Below, piece by piece: positions 56,401 through 64,000 of a DNA stretch of 64,000 bases. Both the position numbers and the translations under genes were made by a program. Under the pieces are notes generated by a model. The model was not told the origin of the DNA, searched no databases, and worked only from the letters and a program-made list of their open reading frames with translations. The first letter of the stretch is position 1, and the number at the start of each line of letters is the position of its first letter. The stretch covers positions 129,006 to 193,005 of the forward strand of contig DAOORK010000001.1 of assembly GCA_035389185.1 (NCBI GenBank), written 5' to 3'. This DNA comes from Candidatus Woesebacteria bacterium (GTDB lineage Bacteria > Patescibacteriota > Microgenomatia > UBA1400 > MFAQ01).

Positions 56401-58325
56401 ACACCTTCCAGCTGAGTGAAGATGGCGACAATGAAAAATTATTTTGTGATGCGTTAGCAGAAAACTCAGAGAGACTTGAACGTCAGAAAAATACACCTCT
56501 TAAAGTGATCATGGGAAACCCACCATATTCGGTTGGCCAAACTTCAGCAAATGACGCGTCACAAAATCAAAGCTATCCAAAACTAGAAAACCGAATCGGA
56601 CAGACATATGTATCTCAAATCACCGATAACACCCTCAAGCAATCACTATATGATGCATATATTAAGGCGTTCCGCTGGGCCACTGATCGCCTTGATAAAG
56701 ATGGTGGAATTATCTGTTTTGTTTCTAATGGAGCCTGGCTTGACGGAAAAGCTACCTCTGGATTTAGAAAAACAATTGAAAATGAGTTTACTAGTGTTTA
56801 TGTCTTTAATCTTCGAGGTAACCAACGAACAAATGGAGAAGAATCTCGTCGCGAGGGGGGGAAAATATTCGGAAGTGGCTCTCGTACACCGATTTCTATC
56901 ACACTACTAGTCAAAAATCCAAACAAACATAACGATAAAGCTGAGATTTTGTATCACGACATTGGAGACTATCTAAGTCGGGAAGAAAAACTGAAAATTA
57001 TATCTGATTTTAAGACAGTATCAAATCAAAAATTAGTCTGGAAAACGCTTAATCCAAACAATGAGGGAGATTGGATAAACAAACGTCATAGCATTTTTGA
57101 TACTTATGTAGAGCTTGGTTCAAAAGCTAAAAATAAGAACTCGTGCTTTGATCTGTATTCTGCTGGAGTTATTACGCATCGCGATGCATGGGTTTACGAC
57201 TTCAGCGAAATTAAGCTGGAAGATAAACTAACCAGAATGATTTCCTTTTATAACAGTGAGGCAAAAAAGCTGCAAGTGATGAGGCAAAAAAATCATAGAG
57301 TATCTGTCGAGAAAAGTGTTAATAAAGATTCTAAACTTATCAAATGGGATCGTAGGCTGTATGAACATGCTGATAAATCTGTAGTTCACACCTTTAATAG
57401 TGCTGATATTTATACAACGCTATATCGCCCATTCTCGAAACAACATTATTATTTCAATAAAAATTTAAGCTGGAGCAGATACTTACAACCGAAGCTATTT
57501 CCCTACCCCACGAGCAGTAATCTTGTGATCTGCACCACAGGACCAGGAGCAAACAAGGATTTTTCTGCATTAATGAGCAATGTTGTCACTGACTTCCATA
57601 CGTTAATGAATAATCAATCTTTTCCGCTATATTACTATGAAAAGAATGAACAAAATATTCCTTCTCTTTTCGATTTAGAAAAGAATAACGAATATAACAA
57701 GAGAGATAGTATAAGTGATTACGTTTTGCGTAAAGCACAAACACAATATTCTGATAATGAAATCAGCAAAGAAGATATCTTTTATTACATATATGGACTG
57801 CTTCATAGCATGGACTATCGAATTGAGTTTGCAAATGATTTAAAAAAAATGTCACCTAAAATTCCCCTTGTTGAAACAATAAGTGATTTCAAGAAATTTA
57901 GTAAAGCAGGTAGAAAATTGGGAGAACTACATGTAAACTACGAAAAAGTTCCCCCATATGAAGGTGTTAGGGTGAGCGGGACACAGCACAATAACTATCT
58001 TGTTGAGAAACTCAAATTCATTAAGAAGGGACAACGTGACACAATAATATTTAACAATCAAATAAAGATTGAGAATATCCCCGAAATTGCTTATAAGTAT
58101 GTTGTAAATGGGAAGAGTGCAATTGAATGGATTGTCGAGAAATATCAGATTAAAACGGATAAGGAAAGCGGAATAGTTAATGATCCAAATGATTGGGCGA
58201 AGGAAGTTGGAAATCCCAGATATATTCTTGATTTGCTTCTGAGTGTAATTAATTTAAGTGTTCAAACAGTGGACATTGTAAATAGCTTACCCAAGCTAAG
58301 TTTTGACACTGGGACAAAAGAATAA
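53463..58325 (+). CDS. Type ISP restriction-modification enzyme (Mrr-like nuclease, SF2 helicase, N6-MTase, TRD)
   Basis: GIDLVA..AIQCK, MACGTGKT, DEAH, QSVGRVMR, LDPFTGTG, GNPPY in one 1620-aa chain (LlaGI/LlaBIII architecture). Confidence 0.93.
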   Translation: MTFNKILDRFRSESFSERDKGFKFERLIQAYLYTDPKYTHLQKIWLWGEFPFRSSFGGQDVGIDLVAKTFEGEYWAIQCKCYQEDNRINKEEVDTFLATSSRSFKDEQLAEIKFSHCLWVSTTNNWSSNANESLQNQNPPVTRINLSDLQEASVDWSKISEGMYGEKARTPKKQLKYHQKEALDKAINYFKNDNRGKLIMACGTGKTFTSLKIAEELTNHTGTILFLVPSIALLGQSLREWTSDAAEEINPIAICSDSEITKDKKKNEDTDTYSVVDLAIPASTNMRDILKQFEYFEMAKKKGLTVVFSTYQSIDVISQTQKRLESIGSKYQKFDLIVCDEAHRTTGVTISGEDESSFVKVHDNAFINADKRIYMTATPRLYGEESKRKAEETSAVLCSMDDEALYGKEIYRIGFGEAVERDLLSDYKVLILTLSENDVTPEVQKILQNPEHEIGVDDASKLIGCINAMSKQIISDKGTVNTNDPDPMRRAVAFTSSIKISKKITDSFNEIGETYAKSVPELKQQTLVNLNSKHIDGSMSATDRNELMSWLKAEPNDSQEARVLTNVRCLSEGVDVPTLDAVMFLSAKNSQIDVVQSVGRVMRKSPGKQYGYIIIPIVIPTDVKPEDALKDNDRYKVVWTVLNALRAHDDRFNAIVNKIDLNKNRPVQIIIGRPDPDGDGDPFNDSDESKKALKGSQLALQFDQLQNAIYAKMVQKVGDRQYWENWAKSVADIAERQIVRITKIVDEDDSAHMGFREFVRGLRKNINPSITEQQAIEMLSQHIITKPVFEALFEGYSFVSNNAVSISMQKALDAIETKAIEDVDAELLQGFYKSVRKRAEGIDNSEGKQRIIVELYDKFFKTAFPKLVEQLGIVYTPVEVVDFIIHSINDVLQNEFGRSLSDENVNILDPFTGTGTFITRLLQTGVIKHQDLERKYKGEIFANEIVLLAYYIAAVNIENAYHDLLKKDVYESFEGIVLTDTFQLSEDGDNEKLFCDALAENSERLERQKNTPLKVIMGNPPYSVGQTSANDASQNQSYPKLENRIGQTYVSQITDNTLKQSLYDAYIKAFRWATDRLDKDGGIICFVSNGAWLDGKATSGFRKTIENEFTSVYVFNLRGNQRTNGEESRREGGKIFGSGSRTPISITLLVKNPNKHNDKAEILYHDIGDYLSREEKLKIISDFKTVSNQKLVWKTLNPNNEGDWINKRHSIFDTYVELGSKAKNKNSCFDLYSAGVITHRDAWVYDFSEIKLEDKLTRMISFYNSEAKKLQVMRQKNHRVSVEKSVNKDSKLIKWDRRLYEHADKSVVHTFNSADIYTTLYRPFSKQHYYFNKNLSWSRYLQPKLFPYPTSSNLVICTTGPGANKDFSALMSNVVTDFHTLMNNQSFPLYYYEKNEQNIPSLFDLEKNNEYNKRDSISDYVLRKAQTQYSDNEISKEDIFYYIYGLLHSMDYRIEFANDLKKMSPKIPLVETISDFKKFSKAGRKLGELHVNYEKVPPYEGVRVSGTQHNNYLVEKLKFIKKGQRDTIIFNNQIKIENIPEIAYKYVVNGKSAIEWIVEKYQIKTDKESGIVNDPNDWAKEVGNPRYILDLLLSVINLSVQTVDIVNSLPKLSFDTGTKE

Positions 58326-58326
58326 T

Positions 58327-59757
58327 ATGGAATGGCTAGTCCTCATGGGAGGAGTTCTATTAGTCGGATATTTTCTCGGTAAATCAGATAAGTCTGGTAG
58401 AGAGGTTAGCACTCCTGATCCAGTCAAATCTGTACAATCAGGTCAATTTCCTAAGAAACTAAATGTTAAGCATGAGGAAATTGACAGCATTAATCTTAGT
58501 GATGAGCAATCTGAAATATTTAACTTACTAGAAACGACAAATAATGCTTATTATGTAACTGGAAAAGCAGGCACTGGTAAATCCATACTATTAAAATATT
58601 TTGTTACCCATACTGGAAAAAGAGTTGTTGTAGTTGCTCCTACAGGAGTGGCTGCTCTAAATATTGGTGGCCAGACAATACATTCACTTTTTAAGATGCC
58701 ATTTGATATCGATTTTAATGATATCAAGGTTGATTACAGAACCAGAGAGCTATTGAGAAATATCGATACGGTAGTTATTGATGAAGTATCAATGGTTCGT
58801 GCTGATTTGATGGAGGCAATGAATATTAAACTGCAAATATCCAGAGGAAATACTCTGCCGTTTGGTGATGTCCAAATGATAATGTTTGGTGATTTGTATC
58901 AATTACCTCCAGTCGTAAGTGATGGCGAATTACAAAGATACTTAAATCATAAGTTTGGTGGACACTATTTCTTTAACGCACCGTCAATAAACAAAGCTAA
59001 TCTGCAAACCTATGAACTTAAAAAAGTATTTCGGCAGAAAGATGCTGAATTTATAAGAATATTGGATGCCGTAAGGAGAGGTGTAATTAAAGAAATTGAC
59101 TTAGAGGCACTTAACGAACGTTCTCGTGCCGATAAACCTACTGATGGATATGTAACTCTGGCAGGAACAAATGAAACTGTGTCGTATATCAACCATAAAA
59201 ACTTAGATAAACTCCCTGGAGAAGAAAAGGTATATGAGGCTGAAATATGGGGAGATATCACAGAGAATTCGTTTCCAACTGAAAAGAAGTTGAGACTTAA
59301 AATTGGTGCTCAAATTATGATGCTAAAAAATGACACTGAGAAACCGAGGCGATGGGTAAATGGAACACTTGGCGTAATTACAAAATTAAGTCAAGACGTG
59401 GTTCGCGTAAACATTGATGGAGTTGAGCACACCATCACACCCGCAAACTGGGACAAAATTCAATACGAATACGACCCAGATAATCGAGAGCTAAACAAAA
59501 AAGTTGTAAGTTCTTTTAAGCAATTACCATTACGATTGGCTTGGGCTATAACAATCCATAAATCACAAGGGCAAACATATAAAACAATTGCAATTGATTT
59601 AACAGGTGGTGCGTTTGCTCACGGACAGACATATGTTGCACTCAGTAGATGTGTCTCGCTAGAAGGAATATATCTTAATGCTCCAATCAAGAAGGAGGAC
59701 ATCATTGTTGACCCTGACATTATTGAATTTATGAGCAAGGCGGTGGTACTTAATTAA
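58327..59757 (+). CDS. Pif1/RecD-like SF1B helicase with N-terminal TM
   Basis: GKAGTGKS, IDEVSM, FGDLYQLPPV, FRQ, AWAITIHKSQGQT, YVALSR; start at ATG 58327. Confidence 0.9.
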   Translation: MEWLVLMGGVLLVGYFLGKSDKSGREVSTPDPVKSVQSGQFPKKLNVKHEEIDSINLSDEQSEIFNLLETTNNAYYVTGKAGTGKSILLKYFVTHTGKRVVVVAPTGVAALNIGGQTIHSLFKMPFDIDFNDIKVDYRTRELLRNIDTVVIDEVSMVRADLMEAMNIKLQISRGNTLPFGDVQMIMFGDLYQLPPVVSDGELQRYLNHKFGGHYFFNAPSINKANLQTYELKKVFRQKDAEFIRILDAVRRGVIKEIDLEALNERSRADKPTDGYVTLAGTNETVSYINHKNLDKLPGEEKVYEAEIWGDITENSFPTEKKLRLKIGAQIMMLKNDTEKPRRWVNGTLGVITKLSQDVVRVNIDGVEHTITPANWDKIQYEYDPDNRELNKKVVSSFKQLPLRLAWAITIHKSQGQTYKTIAIDLTGGAFAHGQTYVALSRCVSLEGIYLNAPIKKEDIIVDPDIIEFMSKAVVLN

Positions 59758-59795
59758 TAATAATTGGAATTGTTAAGACATTGGCGGTGCCGATG

Positions 59796-61313
59796 TTATT
59801 TCTTTACTTCAGGGTTAAGGAAGAATTCTGGACCTTGGGAATCGTAAAGGCTTTTGAGTTCCAGAATATATGACTTGTTAAGTAGGTAGGTACTGCCGTC
59901 TTTGACAGTTTCCCAAGTTCCCTCGTAGGTTTTTCGTATCTGTTCGCCATTGACCCACTCTGCCATGCCAAACATGACATAAACTAGATTTGGTTTGATT
60001 TCCTCAACACGGAACACCTCAACACTTATGACATTTGGGAAGCGAGCTGTCCACTCTGCATAGGTTGATTTGGTTTTGTAGGATGGACTCAAAAGATCGT
60101 AGCAACCCTGAGTGTCTCTGGCTTTTAGAAGATAGTAGTAGGCATAAACTGATGCCTTTGGTGATGCACCTGGCTCTAGCTTTATTTTTTTGGGTTCCTC
60201 TTTGGTAGCTAACTTTGCGGTATCTAAAGTGTCTCCACTAATAATTAGTGAAGTACCCGAAGTTGTCATTGTATTTATGCCGACAAAGTCACCACACTTG
60301 TCAAATACTGGTCCACCACTCATTCCTGATACTAGAGCTGAAGAGAATTGATAATATTCCGCCTTATCTTGTGGCATGACACGAACATCTACGTATCGAA
60401 TAGGGAGAACTGTTGGTGATCCCTTAATATCTGAACCCAATGGATAGCCAAATGATAGGAACTCTTCACCAGAAACCATTTTTGCCTTATTTCCATTAAC
60501 AACATACCCTGGCTCGTTTATATTTATTGTAATGATGGCAATATCGTAGTCTTTGGACATTTCTACCTTTGTAGGAGTAATGAACTCTCCTGTTGGAAGA
60601 ACTATTTTTGGAAAATCTTCACCTTCTACTACATGTCTATTGGTAATAACTGTAGTTTGGTCTATGAAGAAACCTGAACCCTCTGAATACGAGCCGATAA
60701 TCCTGACTACTTTTGGTGAAATCTTTGTCTTTGTGTCTTGGTATGAACAGAAAAATTTATCATATCCATTTAATTGAGAATACAGGCGGTATTCAAGAGT
60801 AGAGATGTAAAGAAGCGAAACCAAAAGAACAAACGAGAACATAAAGTACTGTGGTTTTTTGAAGATGAGCTTGAAGTAGGCTGGAATTGACAAGGCTATT
60901 ACAAATATACTCGCGAGTCCGATTGGAAGTGCAAGACTGAAGAAGTAACGATAATGATCCGCTGCTAACACAGAGGCATTTACGTCTGGAGAGGTGTAGA
61001 TGAAGGCTATAGGAATGGATATCAGCCCTACAATACCCAACGGGACTGAGAAAAAACGAGAAATTTTTCTGAGTAATTTGAAGGATATGATAAATAAGGC
61101 TATTGGGAGATAGAAATAGGCAAGAATTTCAAAAAAGTTATTTGACTCTTCGAAGTTGAAATTAGTTTTTGAACAGTACCACCAGAATATTAAATATACC
61201 CAGATGTAGAGCTTCCAATTAAACAGTATCCCAAAAAATCTACTGAGCTTGGGTCTAACTCCAAATTGAACCCGTAAAGATGTCCCTACTTTTCTTAATA
61301 TTCGTGATGTCAC
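59796..61313 (-). CDS. Multi-pass membrane trypsin-like serine protease
   Basis: GSGFF, TNRHVV, DIAII, GMSGGP catalytic triad; several N-terminal TM helices; exact start uncertain. Confidence 0.85.
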   Translation of the reverse strand: MTSRILRKVGTSLRVQFGVRPKLSRFFGILFNWKLYIWVYLIFWWYCSKTNFNFEESNNFFEILAYFYLPIALFIISFKLLRKISRFFSVPLGIVGLISIPIAFIYTSPDVNASVLAADHYRYFFSLALPIGLASIFVIALSIPAYFKLIFKKPQYFMFSFVLLVSLLYISTLEYRLYSQLNGYDKFFCSYQDTKTKISPKVVRIIGSYSEGSGFFIDQTTVITNRHVVEGEDFPKIVLPTGEFITPTKVEMSKDYDIAIITININEPGYVVNGNKAKMVSGEEFLSFGYPLGSDIKGSPTVLPIRYVDVRVMPQDKAEYYQFSSALVSGMSGGPVFDKCGDFVGINTMTTSGTSLIISGDTLDTAKLATKEEPKKIKLEPGASPKASVYAYYYLLKARDTQGCYDLLSPSYKTKSTYAEWTARFPNVISVEVFRVEEIKPNLVYVMFGMAEWVNGEQIRKTYEGTWETVKDGSTYLLNKSYILELKSLYDSQGPEFFLNPEVKK

Positions 61314-61379
61314 TGTAATGGTATTGTGTATCTTTCTGTATAAAATTACTAGAGGTTTGTTGTGCTTGAAGTGTAAGAT

Positions 61380-62465
61380 ATGGATATGTCCAAATACATC
61401 CTAACTAGTGATGGAAAGATTCATGTAAGAACTGATAACGTGAGCTTGCTTGATGTTGATGAGAAATTTGAAGAAGCTGCGAGATTGATAATATTGGAAG
61501 GAAGAGGTTCGGCGTCGATATTACAGAGAAGATTAGAGGTCGGGTATGCAAGAGCCGCGAGAATATTGGATCAACTTGAACAAGCAGGAATTCTAGGACG
61601 ATCCGAGGGGAATAAACCTAGAGAAGTGATTATTAGCTCTTTTGATGAATTTATAAAAAGTGATGGAAAAGAGGTTGGACCAGAAGAAGTATTTCCAGAG
61701 GATATTAAGAAGGAGTGGGCACCAAAAGAGATTGCAGATGCAGTTATGTCAAATCTACAGAAAGAAGCCTTATATGTGGAGGGAATAATGATTCCGGTGG
61801 GAATGGAGAAAAAGAGAATGATTTCTGCTTCACTGGACAATCTTGGTCATATCTATATTTTTAATAGCCCAATGTGTAACTCGATTGGACTACTTAAATC
61901 GCAACTGGAATTTCTAACTAATACATATAGCCCAGATGCACTTAAGCTGATTGTGAGTGATGATACTAGATTGTTTTCGAACTCTACAATTGCTGACTCA
62001 CCTCACATGCTGACTCCGGTAATTTATGACCAGAGCAAAGTCCAAAACGCACTTGGTTGGGTGAGTGCTGAGATTGAAAGAAGATTCCGAATTCTTCAAG
62101 AGACAGGTGTGAGTAGTTTTGACGCTTATGGAAAAACAGGGAATCCCCCACTGCCTAGAATTATTTGTGTTGTTAGTAGTACTTCTAGCAGACTGGCATA
62201 TAACGAAGATTGTCATTATGGTATTGAAAACATACTAAATTCTGGTCATTTGGTTGGTGTGCATTTGATTGTTGCATCGCCACTAATTGAGAGGAAGTTC
62301 TCTAAACTGATGACTTCGTTCCCCACAAAGATTATCTTTAAAACATTCTCTGCTTCACAAGCAGACTTGCTAGGAACTGATGATGCATTCGATCTGACCA
62401 GTGGTGATGAGTTTGTATTTGTACCGGCATATGGTGAGATACAAAAATTGAAAGTGAATGGATAA
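61380..62465 (+). CDS. FtsK gamma domain fused to a degenerate FtsK-like ATPase domain
   Basis: SASILQRRLEVGYARAARILDQLE gamma signature; EIERRF, LPRII, VGVHLIVA, ADLLG.DDA..L...EF pattern without intact Walker motifs. Confidence 0.8.
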   Translation: MDMSKYILTSDGKIHVRTDNVSLLDVDEKFEEAARLIILEGRGSASILQRRLEVGYARAARILDQLEQAGILGRSEGNKPREVIISSFDEFIKSDGKEVGPEEVFPEDIKKEWAPKEIADAVMSNLQKEALYVEGIMIPVGMEKKRMISASLDNLGHIYIFNSPMCNSIGLLKSQLEFLTNTYSPDALKLIVSDDTRLFSNSTIADSPHMLTPVIYDQSKVQNALGWVSAEIERRFRILQETGVSSFDAYGKTGNPPLPRIICVVSSTSSRLAYNEDCHYGIENILNSGHLVGVHLIVASPLIERKFSKLMTSFPTKIIFKTFSASQADLLGTDDAFDLTSGDEFVFVPAYGEIQKLKVNG

Positions 62466-63126
62466 AGGGATGTGGGACAAGTTGATGAATACAAATTGGT
62501 GGGAGAAATTTGTAAAGTTTGTATTTGAAGGATTGAGAAAATTATTAGTCTTGGTTGGCAATTTAATTGTTAAGATTCAAGCATTTGTTCATAGCGGTGA
62601 GTGGACGAAGAAACATTTGTCTTTTGTTAAGGAGGGAAATAAGTTCAAGTTTGTTGTAAAAAGTCATGACGATTTAGTTGATGAGGTGGAAATAGAGATA
62701 GCTAAGTACAAAGGAAAGAGATGGGGCAAGAAGTTCATTAAGTTTGTTTTAGAACAGGCATTGTCGGGGTGTAACTTTGTAGTAATTGAGAGCGACAATG
62801 TGTTTGTACAGTTTTGGACTGGGAAAGGCAGACTGGAGATGGATATACCTTTAGTAAAGGGAAATGGCTTGAGGAAGTACTACTACACCGTGATTGGATT
62901 ACTCACCGACATGAATTACTTTAAGTATCCATTTACTAGAACAGGTATTCCTACGATCCTCAAAGTGCCGGAACATTTTACTTTTCGAGTAGATGAGGAA
63001 GAAGGTTTTACTAAGGTAATTGGATATTTTGATAAGAGGACTGATCAGGCGGTTGAATTTGTGGATAGGTTGTTTAGGGAAGTTTATGAGGTGAAGAATA
63101 AGGTGCTGGAGATTAAGGTTGGGTAA
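62458..63126 (+). CDS. Hypothetical protein, possible YbjN/T3SS-chaperone-like fold
   Basis: FVVIESDNVFVQF pattern; overlaps the upstream stop (translational coupling). Confidence 0.5.
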   Translation: MDKGMWDKLMNTNWWEKFVKFVFEGLRKLLVLVGNLIVKIQAFVHSGEWTKKHLSFVKEGNKFKFVVKSHDDLVDEVEIEIAKYKGKRWGKKFIKFVLEQALSGCNFVVIESDNVFVQFWTGKGRLEMDIPLVKGNGLRKYYYTVIGLLTDMNYFKYPFTRTGIPTILKVPEHFTFRVDEEEGFTKVIGYFDKRTDQAVEFVDRLFREVYEVKNKVLEIKVG

Positions 63127-63181
63127 CTTTGGTTGCTGGAATATACATCAAGTGGTTTTTTCAAATTTATATTTACTAAAA

Positions 63182-64000
63182 CTATCTACTAAAGGCATCT
63201 CTAAATAGTTTCCAGCACGCGTAACTTGTAAAATTATAAATTGCCCCTTTCAGTACTAGTAGACTAATGTTGCTTTCAACTTTGTGCATATCGCCAAAAT
63301 ATATTGAACTAAAATCATTATGAAAATCGCTGTATTTAACTGCCAATTCACCTTTATCTAATCCAGAATTGCTTGTTATACCCTCGATAAATTTAAGTAG
63401 TCCAGGTTTTTTCTCCTTTTTAACGATAGGAATAGCCATTGGAAGAAGTTTTTTGCCAATTTCTATTACATCAGCGCTTTTTCCAGATCCATCTCTTTGA
63501 CTAAGTGCTTCGACTACATGGAGACACCCTGATTCATAAAGTTCCTTAATTGTTTTTCTCCCCTTTATTTTTTCAGCTATTTCCTTTAGTCGGCTTTCGT
63601 TTGATATAAGTTCATCTTGTAAATCCTTAGCGTAGACCTGTTCTCTTGAAATAAAAATTGCTCTCACACACCGAGTGAATATTTTTCTGGCGAAGCTAAT
63701 ATGATTTAAATGTTCATCAGTTGAATTCCTACCTCTGTATAGAGTGTTAGGTTCCTCCTTTCCATGGACAATTTTTGAACGTTGTTCGTAAAAGTTTTTC
63801 ACCCAATGATTCATTTCTGGTGTTTCCCCCAACAATGCCATTATGTTTGATGACAATGTAGCCTGAATCGCTTCAGACGGTGAATTGAATAGTGCTTCAA
63901 AGGCAACTGCTAAACTAGTAAATCTTTCCAGATCATCGACCTCTGGATCAACCTTGAAAGATCGGTTAAACCAGTCAAACGCCCTAAGATACCGAGCAAT
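63182..64000 (-). CDS. HEPN (ApeA-like) domain protein, truncated by window end
   Basis: Frame open to 64000 (...AFDWFNRS...FTSLAVAFEALF...), with YEQRSKIVHG Rx4H motif. Confidence 0.8.
   Translation of the reverse strand: MARYLRAFDWFNRSFKVDPEVDDLERFTSLAVAFEALFNSPSEAIQATLSSNIMALLGETPEMNHWVKNFYEQRSKIVHGKEEPNTLYRGRNSTDEHLNHISFARKIFTRCVRAIFISREQVYAKDLQDELISNESRLKEIAEKIKGRKTIKELYESGCLHVVEALSQRDGSGKSADVIEIGKKLLPMAIPIVKKEKKPGLLKFIEGITSNSGLDKGELAVKYSDFHNDFSSIYFGDMHKVESNISLLVLKGAIYNFTSYACWKLFRDAFSR

Larger units (their letters stand above)
46000..64000. mobile_element. Integrated island next to tRNA-Lys/Glu (right end outside window; left boundary approximate)
   Basis: Large serine recombinase, terminases, ParB-MTase and defence-type cargo; no core genes after the tRNAs. 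Confidence 0.75.

Overview
Chromosomal window from a Candidate Phyla Radiation (Patescibacteria) bacterium, most likely Microgenomates. This is inferred from gene content and protein style; the genetic code is standard code 11. Positions 1-46,000 are core genome: rsgA, typA, nadE, secG, uvrC/A/B divergent from lexA-rsmI, a pgm-pgi/pmi-ppsA-eno-gpmI carbon operon, pncB, holA, ruvCAB and 11 tRNA genes, interleaved with stand-alone orphan genes. From about 46,000 to the window end is an island beside tRNA-Lys/tRNA-Glu. It carries a large serine recombinase, terminase large and small subunits, a ParB-methyltransferase, a TM0106-type nuclease, a type ISP restriction-modification enzyme, a membrane-anchored Pif1-like helicase, a membrane serine protease, a rearranged and degenerate FtsK, and a HEPN protein. 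The most striking unexplained signal is non-coding: six ~80-120 nt two-armed hairpin elements, each inside a partial duplicate of the adjacent tRNA (Gly, Arg x3, Gln, Leu), with shared unpaired motifs, compensatory stem changes and TA duplications at the Arg locus. Other signals are two gene-expression grammars (leaderless core genes versus orphan genes with a boxA-like motif plus Shine-Dalgarno), a YjzC-like mini-gene whose mRNA ends pair with each other, and a candidate direct-repeat LexA box. All calls come from reading motifs by eye; no searches were run.
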